DNA from: Vicinamibacterales bacterium
GTDB lineage: Bacteria > Acidobacteriota > Vicinamibacteria > Vicinamibacterales > UBA8438
Assembly: GCA_965203525.1 (NCBI GenBank)
Contig: OZ241898.1
Span: 640,176-704,175 of the forward strand
Direction: 5' to 3'
DNA: 64,000 nt
Shown here: piece by piece, positions 37,511-46,239 of the stretch
Position numbering within the stretch: the stretch's first letter is position 1
How the letters are laid out: every line of letters begins with the position of its first letter
Position numbers and translations under genes: made by a program
Notes under the pieces: model-generated
What the model was told of the DNA's origin: nothing
Databases searched by the model: none
What the model saw: the letters and a program-made list of their open reading frames with translations, nothing else

Positions 37511-38920
37511 GTCCGCCTCGACGGTCGACAGGCTCTGGGCGCGGTTCTCGAACCCGCCGTCCGAGAGCGGCGCATAGAGCTCCAGGCTCGCCTGCAGCAG
37601 GGCCCCGCCGTGCAGCGCGCCCACTTCGTCGGCGTTCAGGCCGGCGCGGTGCACCATCCAGTCCCGGTAGTCGGCGGGGGCGGGGACCGCGGTCGACCAG
37701 TCGGGGCCGGGGCCGCCGAGCACGAAGCGGTCGGGCTGCAGCCGCTCGTCGACGGCGCCCACCAGACGGCCGTCGACGTGGAAGTGCGTCCGTCCCCGCG
37801 CCACGTAGTGGGTCAGCGTCACGTGATGCCACCGGCCGTCGGCGCTTGGCTGCGGCGACGTGACGGCGTTGCCGTTCGCGGAGGTGTAGACCCAGCGGCC
37901 GTTCCGAATGGAGATGGTGGCCTGGAAGCGGCGGCCGGTGGGGGTGAGCGTCAGCGTCTCGAAGTCGAGCTCGGCGCGGCGGAAGGGGACCGTCACCTGG
38001 CTCACCTCGTGCCCGACGGTCTGGCCGCCGACGGCGGCTATGGTGCCGTCGCCCTCCGCCCGCACCTGGAACGTCAGTCCGAACGAGCGCATCGTGTCGC
38101 CGACGCGCAGCGTCAGCGGCGCCCGCCCGCGTCCGCGCACCCGCGCGAAGCCGGGCGCGGCGGACCGCTCCGGAATCGGCTTGCCGGCTTCCAGCGCGTC
38201 GAAGAGGGTCGGCACGAAGGCGTGGAACATCTCGGTGTGGCCGGCCGCGTTGGGATGGATCGGCTCCGGGAAGAAGCCGCGCGCCCAGCGGCCGTAGCCG
38301 TCGTCGACGGCGCCGAGCAGGTTGACGCTCGGCACGTCCCAGGTGTTGACGAGGAGGTTGGTCGCCCGCGTGTGGGCGTACTCCGCCTCGGTGAAGTCTC
38401 CCCGCGTGTAGGTGAGCCCGACCACCGGCACGATGCCGTGCGCGCGCGCCCGCCGGATCAGCCGCTGCAGGCCGTCGGCGAACTGCCGCGCGACGGCGTC
38501 GGCCGCCTCGCGCGAGTCGGCGCAGCGGGGCGACGGCTGCCCGGGCGGGCAGCGCATGATGCCCTCGTTGCCGAGCGACAGCGCGATGACGACGTAGCCC
38601 GGATCGACCGGCGTCAGGTACCGCGTGCCGGGATCCGGATCGCCCTCCGGCGCGAAGCGCGGGGTGATGGTGACGGTGTTGTCGCCGCCCCGCGAAACGT
38701 TCAGCACCTCCCACCCGCGCGGCTCGAGCAGCGCGCGCAGGCGGCCGGTGTAGCCGCCGCGGTTCAGTTCGTCGCCGGTGCCGTTCGGGACCGACGAGCC
38801 CCAGAGCGCGATGCGGCGCGGGCGCCCGTTGTTTTCCGCGGACTGCGCGGCCGCGCTGCCGGCCGCGAGGAACAGGGCGATCAGCAGGGGCAGGGCGCGG
38901 CGAAGGTCGGTGAATCGCAT
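37481..38920 (-). CDS. Secreted SGNH/GDSL hydrolase fused to a LamG/concanavalin-like domain
   Basis: ATG at 38920 and signal peptide LPLLIALFLAAGSAAAQ. SGNH blocks are IALWGSSVPNG, SRGGDNT, LSLGNEG and IHPNAAGH. The C-terminal half (GRWHHVTLTH...HFHVDGRLVG) looks like LamG. Confidence 0.8.
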   Translation of the reverse strand: MRFTDLRRALPLLIALFLAAGSAAAQSAENNGRPRRIALWGSSVPNGTGDELNRGGYTGRLRALLEPRGWEVLNVSRGGDNTVTITPRFAPEGDPDPGTRYLTPVDPGYVVIALSLGNEGIMRCPPGQPSPRCADSREAADAVARQFADGLQRLIRRARAHGIVPVVGLTYTRGDFTEAEYAHTRATNLLVNTWDVPSVNLLGAVDDGYGRWARGFFPEPIHPNAAGHTEMFHAFVPTLFDALEAGKPIPERSAAPGFARVRGRGRAPLTLRVGDTMRSFGLTFQVRAEGDGTIAAVGGQTVGHEVSQVTVPFRRAELDFETLTLTPTGRRFQATISIRNGRWVYTSANGNAVTSPQPSADGRWHHVTLTHYVARGRTHFHVDGRLVGAVDERLQPDRFVLGGPGPDWSTAVPAPADYRDWMVHRAGLNADEVGALHGGALLQASLELYAPLSDGGFENRAQSLSTVEADARAVTAVAE

Positions 38921-39018
38921 GGCATGACCTCTCATCGACGATGATCCCGTCCCGGCGGGGTCCGTGACGGGACCCGGCACCGGCCGGCGCCGGGCAGAAT
39001 AGCACGTCGGGGCGCAAC

Positions 39019-39372
39019 GGTCCGGCGCGGCGGGCGCGGATGGATGCGCGTCGGACGAGCCCGGCACGGCCCCGACTGCCCGGGACGCGCCGCGCACTGC
39101 CGGGCGGCGCGATGAATGCGCGTCAGCGGGCCATGGCGTCGGTGACCACGCCGGCGGCGTCGACGAAACCGAGGCGCCCGGCGCCGACCTGCCGGGCGGC
39201 GCGATGGATGCGCGTGGCAGGGCGGGACCGCCATTGCCGATATCGGCGAACCGGCGCCGACCTGCCGGGCGTCGCGATGGATGCGCGTCAGCGGGCCATG
39301 GCGTCGGTGACCGCGCCGGCGGCGTCGACGAAACCGAGGCGCCCGGTGCCGACCTCCCCGAGCGAAGCGACG
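39019..39372 (+). repeat. Four-copy tandem array (periods 72, 92, 73) that duplicates the 3' end of the 39288-40082 gene
   Basis: atg[ga]atgcgcgt occurs at 39040, 39112, 39204 and 39277. The 66-nt block cagcgggccatggcgtcggtgacc.cgccggcggcgtcgacgaaaccgaggcgcccgg.gccgacc is present twice (from about 39124 and about 39289), and the second copy encodes the real C-terminus and stop. Confidence 0.85.
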
Positions 39373-40082
39373 AAGCTCCCCCGGCCGTCGAGGAAGATGA
39401 TGCTCGGAGCGCCGTCCTCCGCCACCCCGGCGACGAGGCGGGTGGCGGTCGCGTCGCCCAGGTTGAGCACCGTGGCGTTGCCCACCGCGGTCAGCACGGC
39501 CCGCCGGCGGCCGGCGGCCGAGAGCGCCAGTTGCGGCATGTCGTCGCTGCCGACGGCGAGCGCGGCGGCCTCCTGCCCCGCGCCGTCGGCGAGGGCCAGC
39601 CGGGGCAGTCCGTCGCCGGTCAGGTGCAGTTGCAGGCGCGCCCGCGCGCCGTCGCCGAAGGTGAGGATCGGCCGTCCCTGGACCGCGCCGAACAGGCCCT
39701 GCCCCTCGGCTTCCGGCCCGACGACGATCAGTGCGTCGTCGCCCCGGACCGTGGCGCGCAGCCGCGTCTCGCCGCCGGGGCCGTGGAGCTGGAGCAGCGG
39801 GGTCCCGTCCGGTTCCACCGCGAACGTGCTCCGCACCCGGCCCGCCTGGTCGTGGAGCGTGATCGACGCGAGTCCGCCCGGGTCGCTCCCGGCGAGCACG
39901 CCGCGCAGCCGCCCCGCGCCGTCGACCAGGTTCACCTGCGTCGCCGTGACCACGCCGGCCGTCCCCTGCGCCTGCGCCGCGCCGGCCATCGAGAGGTGCG
40001 TCGCCGCGCCGCCCGCGAACGACGCGGCCAGCAGCGCGCCGAGCGTCCAGAGGCGCTCGCGCGCCCGTTCCTGCTGCAACAT
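39288..40082 (-). CDS. Secreted repetitive hypothetical protein
   Basis: ATG at 40082 follows GGGGAG. Signal/TM segment LWTLGALLAASFAGGAA, then repeated L-x-L-x-D/G-x-G-x-x-R strand-like modules. Not Arg-rich. Its last roughly 25 codons are duplicated downstream (see the repeat at 39019-39372). Confidence 0.55.
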   Translation of the reverse strand: MLQQERARERLWTLGALLAASFAGGAATHLSMAGAAQAQGTAGVVTATQVNLVDGAGRLRGVLAGSDPGGLASITLHDQAGRVRSTFAVEPDGTPLLQLHGPGGETRLRATVRGDDALIVVGPEAEGQGLFGAVQGRPILTFGDGARARLQLHLTGDGLPRLALADGAGQEAAALAVGSDDMPQLALSAAGRRRAVLTAVGNATVLNLGDATATRLVAGVAEDGAPSIIFLDGRGSFVASLGEVGTGRLGFVDAAGAVTDAMAR

Positions 40083-40130
40083 GTCGTGCTCCCCTGTTCC
40101 GGTTTCTCCCGGTCGCCGCCGCCGCCGCTG

Positions 40131-40243
40131 CCGCACTCCGCCGGCCGCCGGCCGCGATGCGCAGATGCGCAACGTGACTTGCGGTACCGCGTCCTGCTCG
40201 ATCGCCTGCACCGCACTCCGCCGTCCGCGATGCGCAGATGCGC
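40131..40243 (+). repeat. Direct repeat with period about 80, between the divergent hypothetical and carboxylesterase genes
   Basis: ccgcactccgcc...cgcgatgcgcagatgcgc occurs at 40131-40170 and 40211-40243. Copy 2 lacks 7 nt. Confidence 0.8.
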
Positions 40244-40353
40244 GGGGGCGCCGCGCGGAGCGGTGCGATAGGATACGGGAAAGCGAACCCGTCGGGGACG
40301 CGGCGTGCGGCGCCGCGCGGCGGCGGGCCGTGGCAATTCAGCGGAGAAGACAG

Positions 40354-42024
40354 ATGACCAGGATCCGGAGCATTTCCATCGTTCGCGCCGCGGCGTGCGC
40401 GGCCGTCGTGCTGGTTCTCGCGGGGGGCGGGGCGGGTTCGGCCGCCGGCCAGACGGTCCTCGACCCCGATGCGCCGGTCCGGGTGACCGGCGGGGCGATC
40501 CGGGGCGCCGTCTCCGCGCTCGACGCCGGCGTCGTCGCGTTCAAGGGGATCCCGTACGCGGCGCCGCCGGCCGGCGAGCTGCGCTGGCGCCCGCCGCAAC
40601 CGGTCGTTGCCTGGGAAGGGGTGCGCGACGCCTCCGAGAGCGGCCCGATCTGCATCCAGAACGGGGGGCGGGACGTTCCCCAGGACGAAGACTGCCTGTT
40701 CCTGAACGTCTGGGCGCCGCGCGAGACGAGCGCGCCGCGGCCCGTCCTGTTCTGGATTCACGGCGGCGGCTATACCGGCGGCTCCGGCTCGACCGCCCTC
40801 TACGACGGCGCGCGGCTCGCCGCCGACGGGGCGGTGGTGGTCACCATCAACTACCGCCTGAACGTCTTCGGCTTCCTGGCGCACCCGGCGCTGTCCGCCG
40901 AGTCGCCGCACGGCGCGTCCGGGAACTACGGCCTGCTGGACATGGTGGCGGCGCTCGAATGGGTCCGCGACAACGTCGCCCGGTTCGGCGGCGATCCGGA
41001 TCGCGTGACGATCTTCGGCGAGTCGGCCGGCGGCGGCGCGGTCATGTCGGTCATGCTGATCCCGGCGGCCGAGGGGCTGTTCCACCGGGCCATCGCCCAG
41101 AGCAACTGGATCAACGGCTGGGACCGGCCGCTGGCCGCGCCGGCGCGCGGCTGGGAGGCGGCCGAGGCGCAGGGCCTGCGGGTGGCCGCGGCGCTCGGGA
41201 CCGCGGCCGACGCCCGGGATCCGCTGGCCGCGATGCGCGCGGCGAGCGCCGCCGACGTGCTCGCGGCGTCGAACGCCGACGCGGGCAGCCCGTTCCTGCG
41301 GACGGGGAACGTCTGGGCCCCCAACGTCGACGGTTGGGTCGTTCCGGACGACCCGCTGGCGATGTACCGCGCGGGCCGGCAGCACCGCGTGCCGCTCATC
41401 ACCGGGCTGAACGGCAACGAGGGCTCGCTGATGACCCGCGGCATGGACGTCGCCGACGCCGCGGCGTTCGAGGACCACGTCCGGTCGGTCTACCCGGCGC
41501 TGGCCGGCGAGATGCTCGCGCACTACGACGCGTCGTCGCCCGCCGCCGCAAAGGCCGCCATCGACAAGGTGATCCACGACCTGTACTTCGCCGGCCCGGT
41601 GCGCGCGCACGCCGAGTCGCAGGCGGCGGCCGGCGCGCCGACGTGGCTGTACCACTTCACCCACGTGCCGCCGACCCCCTGGGGCGCCGAGCTCGGCTCG
41701 CACCACGCGGCAGAGCTGGCCTACGTCTTCGGCACCCTGACGCGCCGCGAGGAGGGGGGCGAGCGCCCGCTCGGTCTCACCCCGGTCGGCGACTACACGG
41801 ACACCGACACGGCGCTCTCCGCGACGATGCGCGCCTACTGGGTGCAGTTCGCCGCCACCGGCGACCCGAACCGGGAGGGGCTGCCGGCGTGGCCCGCGTT
41901 CGATCCCGAGACCGACCGGCACCTGGAGCTGCGCTCGGCGATCGCCCCCGGCACGGCGGTCGACACCGCGGGCGCGGCGCTGTGGGAGGCGCTGGAGGCG
42001 AACCGCCGCGGCGGCGGGAACTGA
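40354..42024 (+). CDS. Carboxylesterase/lipase, type B family
   Basis: Signal peptide, FKGIPYAAPP, EDCLFLNVW, WIHGGGY, the catalytic IFGESAGG, and the GNEG block. It is the 3' part of a 994-aa track ORF. Confidence 0.92.
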   Translation: MTRIRSISIVRAAACAAVVLVLAGGGAGSAAGQTVLDPDAPVRVTGGAIRGAVSALDAGVVAFKGIPYAAPPAGELRWRPPQPVVAWEGVRDASESGPICIQNGGRDVPQDEDCLFLNVWAPRETSAPRPVLFWIHGGGYTGGSGSTALYDGARLAADGAVVVTINYRLNVFGFLAHPALSAESPHGASGNYGLLDMVAALEWVRDNVARFGGDPDRVTIFGESAGGGAVMSVMLIPAAEGLFHRAIAQSNWINGWDRPLAAPARGWEAAEAQGLRVAAALGTAADARDPLAAMRAASAADVLAASNADAGSPFLRTGNVWAPNVDGWVVPDDPLAMYRAGRQHRVPLITGLNGNEGSLMTRGMDVADAAAFEDHVRSVYPALAGEMLAHYDASSPAAAKAAIDKVIHDLYFAGPVRAHAESQAAAGAPTWLYHFTHVPPTPWGAELGSHHAAELAYVFGTLTRREEGGERPLGLTPVGDYTDTDTALSATMRAYWVQFAATGDPNREGLPAWPAFDPETDRHLELRSAIAPGTAVDTAGAALWEALEANRRGGGN

Positions 42025-42409
42025 ACCGAGCGCGGATCACGGAGAGAACCGGTCGCTTGCGCCGGCCCGCCGGCCGGTCGGCGGCGGCCGGGTGATGAAG
42101 TGATGAATTTGAATCTCCTCAAATGCGTGTGGGCAGGGGCGGCGCCAGTTGGATGCCTCCGCGGCACAGGAACAGCATCGAGATGAGCGCATCGGGGGAG
42201 TGGAGTTGCCCCGGTTTCGTGGACGCCTATAGAACGTGCTCGAAGACATGAATGGAAGAAGCGCCGGGGTGACCAGGCCCGGCGGTGCGCTTCGTCCGGT
42301 GCGCCCGCTACGAGGCTCACCGGTTCGCGGCGGCCTGCCACCCGGCTGCGCGGTGGAACCGTAAAATTTCGCAACCGGCGCGCGACGACGCCGGCGCGTT
42401 GCGGGGCGC

Positions 42410-42742
42410 TCAGCCGGCCGGCGGCGCGGCGGGCAGGATGGCCCGTTCGAGCGTGGCCAAGCGTTGCGTGACCTTTCCGAGCTCGATCTCGACGGCGCGC
42501 ACGCGGGCGTCAAGCTCGCGGATCTCGGCCCGGAGCTCGGTTCGGAGCTCGCTCATCTCGCGCCTAAGCTCGCTCATCTCGCGCCTAAGCTCCATCCGGT
42601 TGTTGTCCACGGCGACTTCCAGCCGCCCGATGCGAACGCCGAGCTCGTCCAGTCTGGCGTTGGTTGCGCCGTGCTGCGTCCAGAGCAACGCGGCGAGGGC
42701 GAGCAACGCGCCGATCAGCCATTGCGTGTTTCGATCCGGCAC
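42410..42742 (-). CDS. Small membrane-anchored coiled-coil protein
   Basis: GTG at 42742. TM segment WLIGALLALAALLW, then about 75 aa of heptad coiled coil containing an exact ELRREMS duplication. The upstream part of the 219-aa track ORF is Arg/Pro/Gly-rich and would abut the divergent methylase start. Confidence 0.5.
   Translation of the reverse strand: MPDRNTQWLIGALLALAALLWTQHGATNARLDELGVRIGRLEVAVDNNRMELRREMSELRREMSELRTELRAEIRELDARVRAVEIELGKVTQRLATLERAILPAAPPAG
42557..42603 (+). repeat. Exact 21-bp tandem duplication (one heptad, ELRREMS) inside the coiled-coil gene
   Basis: gctcgctcatctcgcgcctaa occurs at 42557-42577 and 42578-42598, followed by a partial third copy (gctcc). Confidence 0.9.
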
Positions 42743-43071
42743 CTTCGGTATCGTAGCGCATTCGGCGCCGGGGCGCCGCGCCGCCCCGCGAGCGTCGGCG
42801 CGCGTTGCGCGTCCATCACCTCGATGACGACGAAGCGGGTCTTGGCGCCGCGCCGCCCGCCCGTGTCGGCGCGCGCGGGGCGGCGGCTCGGAAGGTTGCC
42901 GTCGGCCGCCTGTTCGATGCGGCGGCTCGCCATCGTCGGCGAGTCCGCCGGCCGGCGGCTCGGAGGGGTCGCCGTCGGTCGCCTTGTTCGATGCCGCTAT
43001 CCTGGAACCGTCAGGCCCGTTGCCGTGCGCGAACGTGAGGAAGCGGTCGTTCAGCGGGCGGAGAGGCATCC

Positions 43072-46000
43072 GTGATTCCCCGGCACTGCAAGCGCCTCGC
43101 CGAGGTGGACTTCCCGATCGCGATCGTGTCGAAGCACGCGGCGCGCGAGAAGTCGATCCGCCACGGGCATCCGTCGACGCTGCACCTGTGGTGGGCGCGC
43201 CGGCCGCTGGCGTCGAGCCGGGCGGTGCTGCTGGCGCTGCTGCTGCCGGACCCGTGCGATCCGGCGTGCCCGCCGGCGTTCACGGCGCGGGCGCGCGAGA
43301 TCCTGACGCCGGTGCGGCAGCGGCCGAAGGACGCCGCCGAGCTGCGGAAGGCGCTGATCTGGTTCATCGGGACGTTCGCCGACTGGAACCTGGCGGCGGA
43401 TCCGACGTATCTGCGGGTGGCGCGCGAGCTGGTGCGGGCCGCGCACCCGGGGGAGGCGCCGCTGGTGGTCGATCCGTTCGCCGGCGGCGGGTCGATTCCG
43501 CTGGAGGCGTTGCGGGTGGGCTGCGAGGCGTTCGCGAGCGATCTGAACCCGGTGGCGTGCCTGATCCTGAAGGTGATGCTGGAAGAGATCCCGCGCCACG
43601 GGCCGGGGCTGGCGGAGGAGTTGCGGCGGGTCGGCGGCGAGGTCAAGGCGGCGGCCGAGAAGGAGCTGGCCGACCTCTATCCGCCGGACCCGGACGGGGC
43701 TACGCCGATCGCGTATCTGTGGGCGCGGACGGTGCGCTGCGAGGCGCCGAACTGCGGGGCGGAGATCCCGCTGCTGCGTTCGTTCTGGCTGTGCCGGAAG
43801 CCGAAGCGCCGGCGGGCGTTGCGGGCGGCGGTGGCGCGGCCGGCGGGAGAGCCGCCGCGCGTGGAGCTGGAAGTGTTCGAGCCGGCGTCCGAGCGGGACG
43901 TACGGGCGGGCACGGTGACGCGGGCGAAGGCGGCGTGCCCGTGCTGTCACGTGGTGCTGCCTCCGGAGCGGGTGCGGGCGCAGCTCGCCGCGCAGCGCGG
44001 CGGGGCGGACGCGGTGTTCGACGAGGCGGGCCGGCGCATCGGCGGCGCGCGGCTGACGGCGGTGGTGACGCTCCGGCCGGGGGAGACGGGCCGGCACTAC
44101 CGGCTGCCTACCGACGCGGACTACGCGGCGGTGCGCGCGGCGCAGGCGCGGCTGGCGGGGATTCTCGACGAGTGGGAGCGGGGCGGGAAACAGGGGCTGT
44201 GTCCGGTGCCGGACGAGCCGACACCCGCGGGCGGCGGGTCGGGCGCCGGTCGCGCGTTCAGCGTGCAGCGCTACGGGATGTTCCAGTGGAGCGATCTGTT
44301 CACGGCGCGGCAGAAGGTGGCGTTGGTGGATCTGCTCGCCGGAATCTACCGCGGAACGTCCGCGAGACAGGAGGCGACGTCGTCAATCTATCGGCAGGTT
44401 GGGCTTTCGCGTGCAACGCTACGGCATGTTCCGGTGGGGCGATCTGTTCACGGCGCGGCAGAAGGTGGCGTTGGTGGATCTGCTCGCCGGAATCTACCGC
44501 GGAACGTCCGCGAGGCAGGAGGCGACGTCGTCAATCTGAACCTCGCCTGCGCATTCAATCGCGTAGCCATGAGTGACATGTCCTGCACGCGATGGAACGC
44601 GGCAGCGGAGAAGATGCAGCACACTTTCGGGCGGCAAGCACTACCGATTGTTTGGGATTTCGCGGAAATCGTGGCAACAGCCGAAGCTCCTGGAAACTGG
44701 AAGAGTGGGTATTCCATCGTAAGTGAGGTCATTGACGCAGCCCGTAGCGTGCACACCGGGCAAGTTCAGCCGGCTGATGCGACGGAACATTCGCTTCCCG
44801 ATCAGGCCGCCGGCGTCTGGTTCACCGACCCGCCCTACTACGACGCGATTCCCTATTCGGACCTCTCCGACTTCTTCCTCGTCTGGCTCAAGCGCGCCCT
44901 GCCCGGCCACCCGCTGCTGCGCGATCCCTTCGACCCGGCCAATCCGCTGTCGCCCAAGACCCGCGAGGCGGTGCAGGACGAGACCAAGACCTGTAATGGG
45001 CGCGTCAAGGACCGCGCGTTCTTCGAGGACACGATGGGCCGCGCCTTCACCGAAGGCCGCCGCGTCCTGCACGAGGACGGCGTCGGTTCGGTCGTCTTCG
45101 CGCACAAGACCACCGAAGGCTGGGAAGCGCTGCTCGCCGGCATGATCCGTGGCGGCTGGACCATCACCGGCTCGTGGCCCATCGCCACCGAGATGGGCAC
45201 GCGCCTGCGCGCCCGCGATTCCGCCGCCCTCGCCACCAGCATCCACCTCGTCTGCCGCCCGCGCCCCGACGACGCCCCGGTCGGCGACTGGGCCGTCGTC
45301 CTGCGCGAGCTGCCCGAGCGCGTCGGCGAATGGATGGAGCGCCTGCAAGATGAGGGCGTCCGGGGCGCAGACCTCGTCTTCGCCTGCATCGGCCCGGCGC
45401 TGGAGATCTTCAGCCGCTACGCGCAGGTGGAGACCGCCGACGGGGGCGAGGTCGGCCTGCCGGCATACCTGGAGCGGGTCTGGGAAGTGGTCGGCCGCAC
45501 CGCGCTGGAGAACGTCCTCGGCGCGGCGGAAGCGCAGGCCCGCAACGGACTCGCCGGGGCGCTCGAAGAGGACGCGCGGCTGACCGCGCTCTTCCTCTGG
45601 ACGCTCCAGGCGACCGGCGCCGGCGCGGACGCGGGAGACGCCGGCGACGGCTCGACACCCGGCGACGACGACGGGGACGACGAGAGTCCGGCCGGCGGCA
45701 AGGCGCAGGGCTTCGCGCTGGTGTTCGACGTGGTGCGCCGCTTCGCGCAGCCGCTCGGCATCGACCTGCCGAAGTGGGAGAAGAAGCGCACCATCGAGAC
45801 GAAGAAGGGGGTGGTCCGTCTGCTGCCGGTGGCCGAGCGGGCGCGGCATCTCTTCGGCGCGCGCGGGGCGCAGGCCGTCGCGGCGCGGCTGGAACGGGAA
45901 GCGGCGGTCGGAACGGATCCGCTGCAGGGGTTGCTGTTCCCGGACCGGCAGGAAACCGCGGCGGCCGCCGCCCGGGAGCGGCGGCCGCGGTACGGCGACG

Positions 46001-46239
46001 GCGACGACCCGGCCGACGAACGTTCCCCGGCGCCCGGCGCCACGACCCTGGACCGGGTCCACACGGGGATGCTGTTCCAGGCCGGCGGGCAGACGAACGC
46101 GCTGCACGCGCTGCTGAAGGCGGAGCGGGAGCGCGGCCCCGACTTCCTGCGCCTGTCGAACGCGCTGTCGGCGCTCTACCCGCGCGGCAGCGAGGAGAAG
46201 CGCCTGCTCGACGCCATGCTGCTGGCCGCGCCGCGGTAG
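43072..46239 (+). CDS. DUF1156/COG1743 adenine-specific DNA methylase with a Zn ribbon, and an internal 148-bp duplication
   Basis: GTG at 43072 follows GGAGAGG. The N-terminus VDFPIAIVSKHAAREKSIRHGHPSTLHLWWARRPLASSRAV is the DUF1156 signature. Motif I is VVDPFAGGGSIPLEA. The Zn ribbon is CEAPNCGAEIP...CPCCHVV. Motif IV is VWFTDPPYYDAIPYSDLSDFF. Confidence 0.85.
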   Translation: MIPRHCKRLAEVDFPIAIVSKHAAREKSIRHGHPSTLHLWWARRPLASSRAVLLALLLPDPCDPACPPAFTARAREILTPVRQRPKDAAELRKALIWFIGTFADWNLAADPTYLRVARELVRAAHPGEAPLVVDPFAGGGSIPLEALRVGCEAFASDLNPVACLILKVMLEEIPRHGPGLAEELRRVGGEVKAAAEKELADLYPPDPDGATPIAYLWARTVRCEAPNCGAEIPLLRSFWLCRKPKRRRALRAAVARPAGEPPRVELEVFEPASERDVRAGTVTRAKAACPCCHVVLPPERVRAQLAAQRGGADAVFDEAGRRIGGARLTAVVTLRPGETGRHYRLPTDADYAAVRAAQARLAGILDEWERGGKQGLCPVPDEPTPAGGGSGAGRAFSVQRYGMFQWSDLFTARQKVALVDLLAGIYRGTSARQEATSSIYRQVGLSRATLRHVPVGRSVHGAAEGGVGGSARRNLPRNVREAGGDVVNLNLACAFNRVAMSDMSCTRWNAAAEKMQHTFGRQALPIVWDFAEIVATAEAPGNWKSGYSIVSEVIDAARSVHTGQVQPADATEHSLPDQAAGVWFTDPPYYDAIPYSDLSDFFLVWLKRALPGHPLLRDPFDPANPLSPKTREAVQDETKTCNGRVKDRAFFEDTMGRAFTEGRRVLHEDGVGSVVFAHKTTEGWEALLAGMIRGGWTITGSWPIATEMGTRLRARDSAALATSIHLVCRPRPDDAPVGDWAVVLRELPERVGEWMERLQDEGVRGADLVFACIGPALEIFSRYAQVETADGGEVGLPAYLERVWEVVGRTALENVLGAAEAQARNGLAGALEEDARLTALFLWTLQATGAGADAGDAGDGSTPGDDDGDDESPAGGKAQGFALVFDVVRRFAQPLGIDLPKWEKKRTIETKKGVVRLLPVAERARHLFGARGAQAVAARLEREAAVGTDPLQGLLFPDRQETAAAAARERRPRYGDGDDPADERSPAPGATTLDRVHTGMLFQAGGQTNALHALLKAERERGPDFLRLSNALSALYPRGSEEKRLLDAMLLAAPR
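44261..44537 (+). repeat. 129-bp near-identical direct repeat separated by 19 bp (period 148 = 3n+1) inside the DUF1156 methylase ORF
   Basis: Copy 1 is 44261-44389 and copy 2 is 44409-44537, with about 5 mismatches. The anchor gatctgttcacggcgcggcagaaggtgg lies at 44293 and 44441. Confidence 0.92.

Noticed and set aside
39019-39372. CRISPR-like geometry: repeats of about 36-40 bp with spacers of about 32-36 bp and a period of about 72, here and at 9796, 14341 and 54829
   Set aside because: Each locus has only 2-4 copies, and each locus has a different repeat sequence. The repeats overlap real gene ends. No cas genes or leader are present.
42743-43069. An N-terminal 109-aa extension of the coiled-coil gene (the full 219-aa track ORF starting at 43069)
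   Set aside because: The extension is Arg/Pro/Gly/Asp-rich with no structure. It would place the start 2 nt from the divergent methylase start. The in-frame GTG at 42742, directly before the TM segment, is more plausible, though the start remains uncertain.
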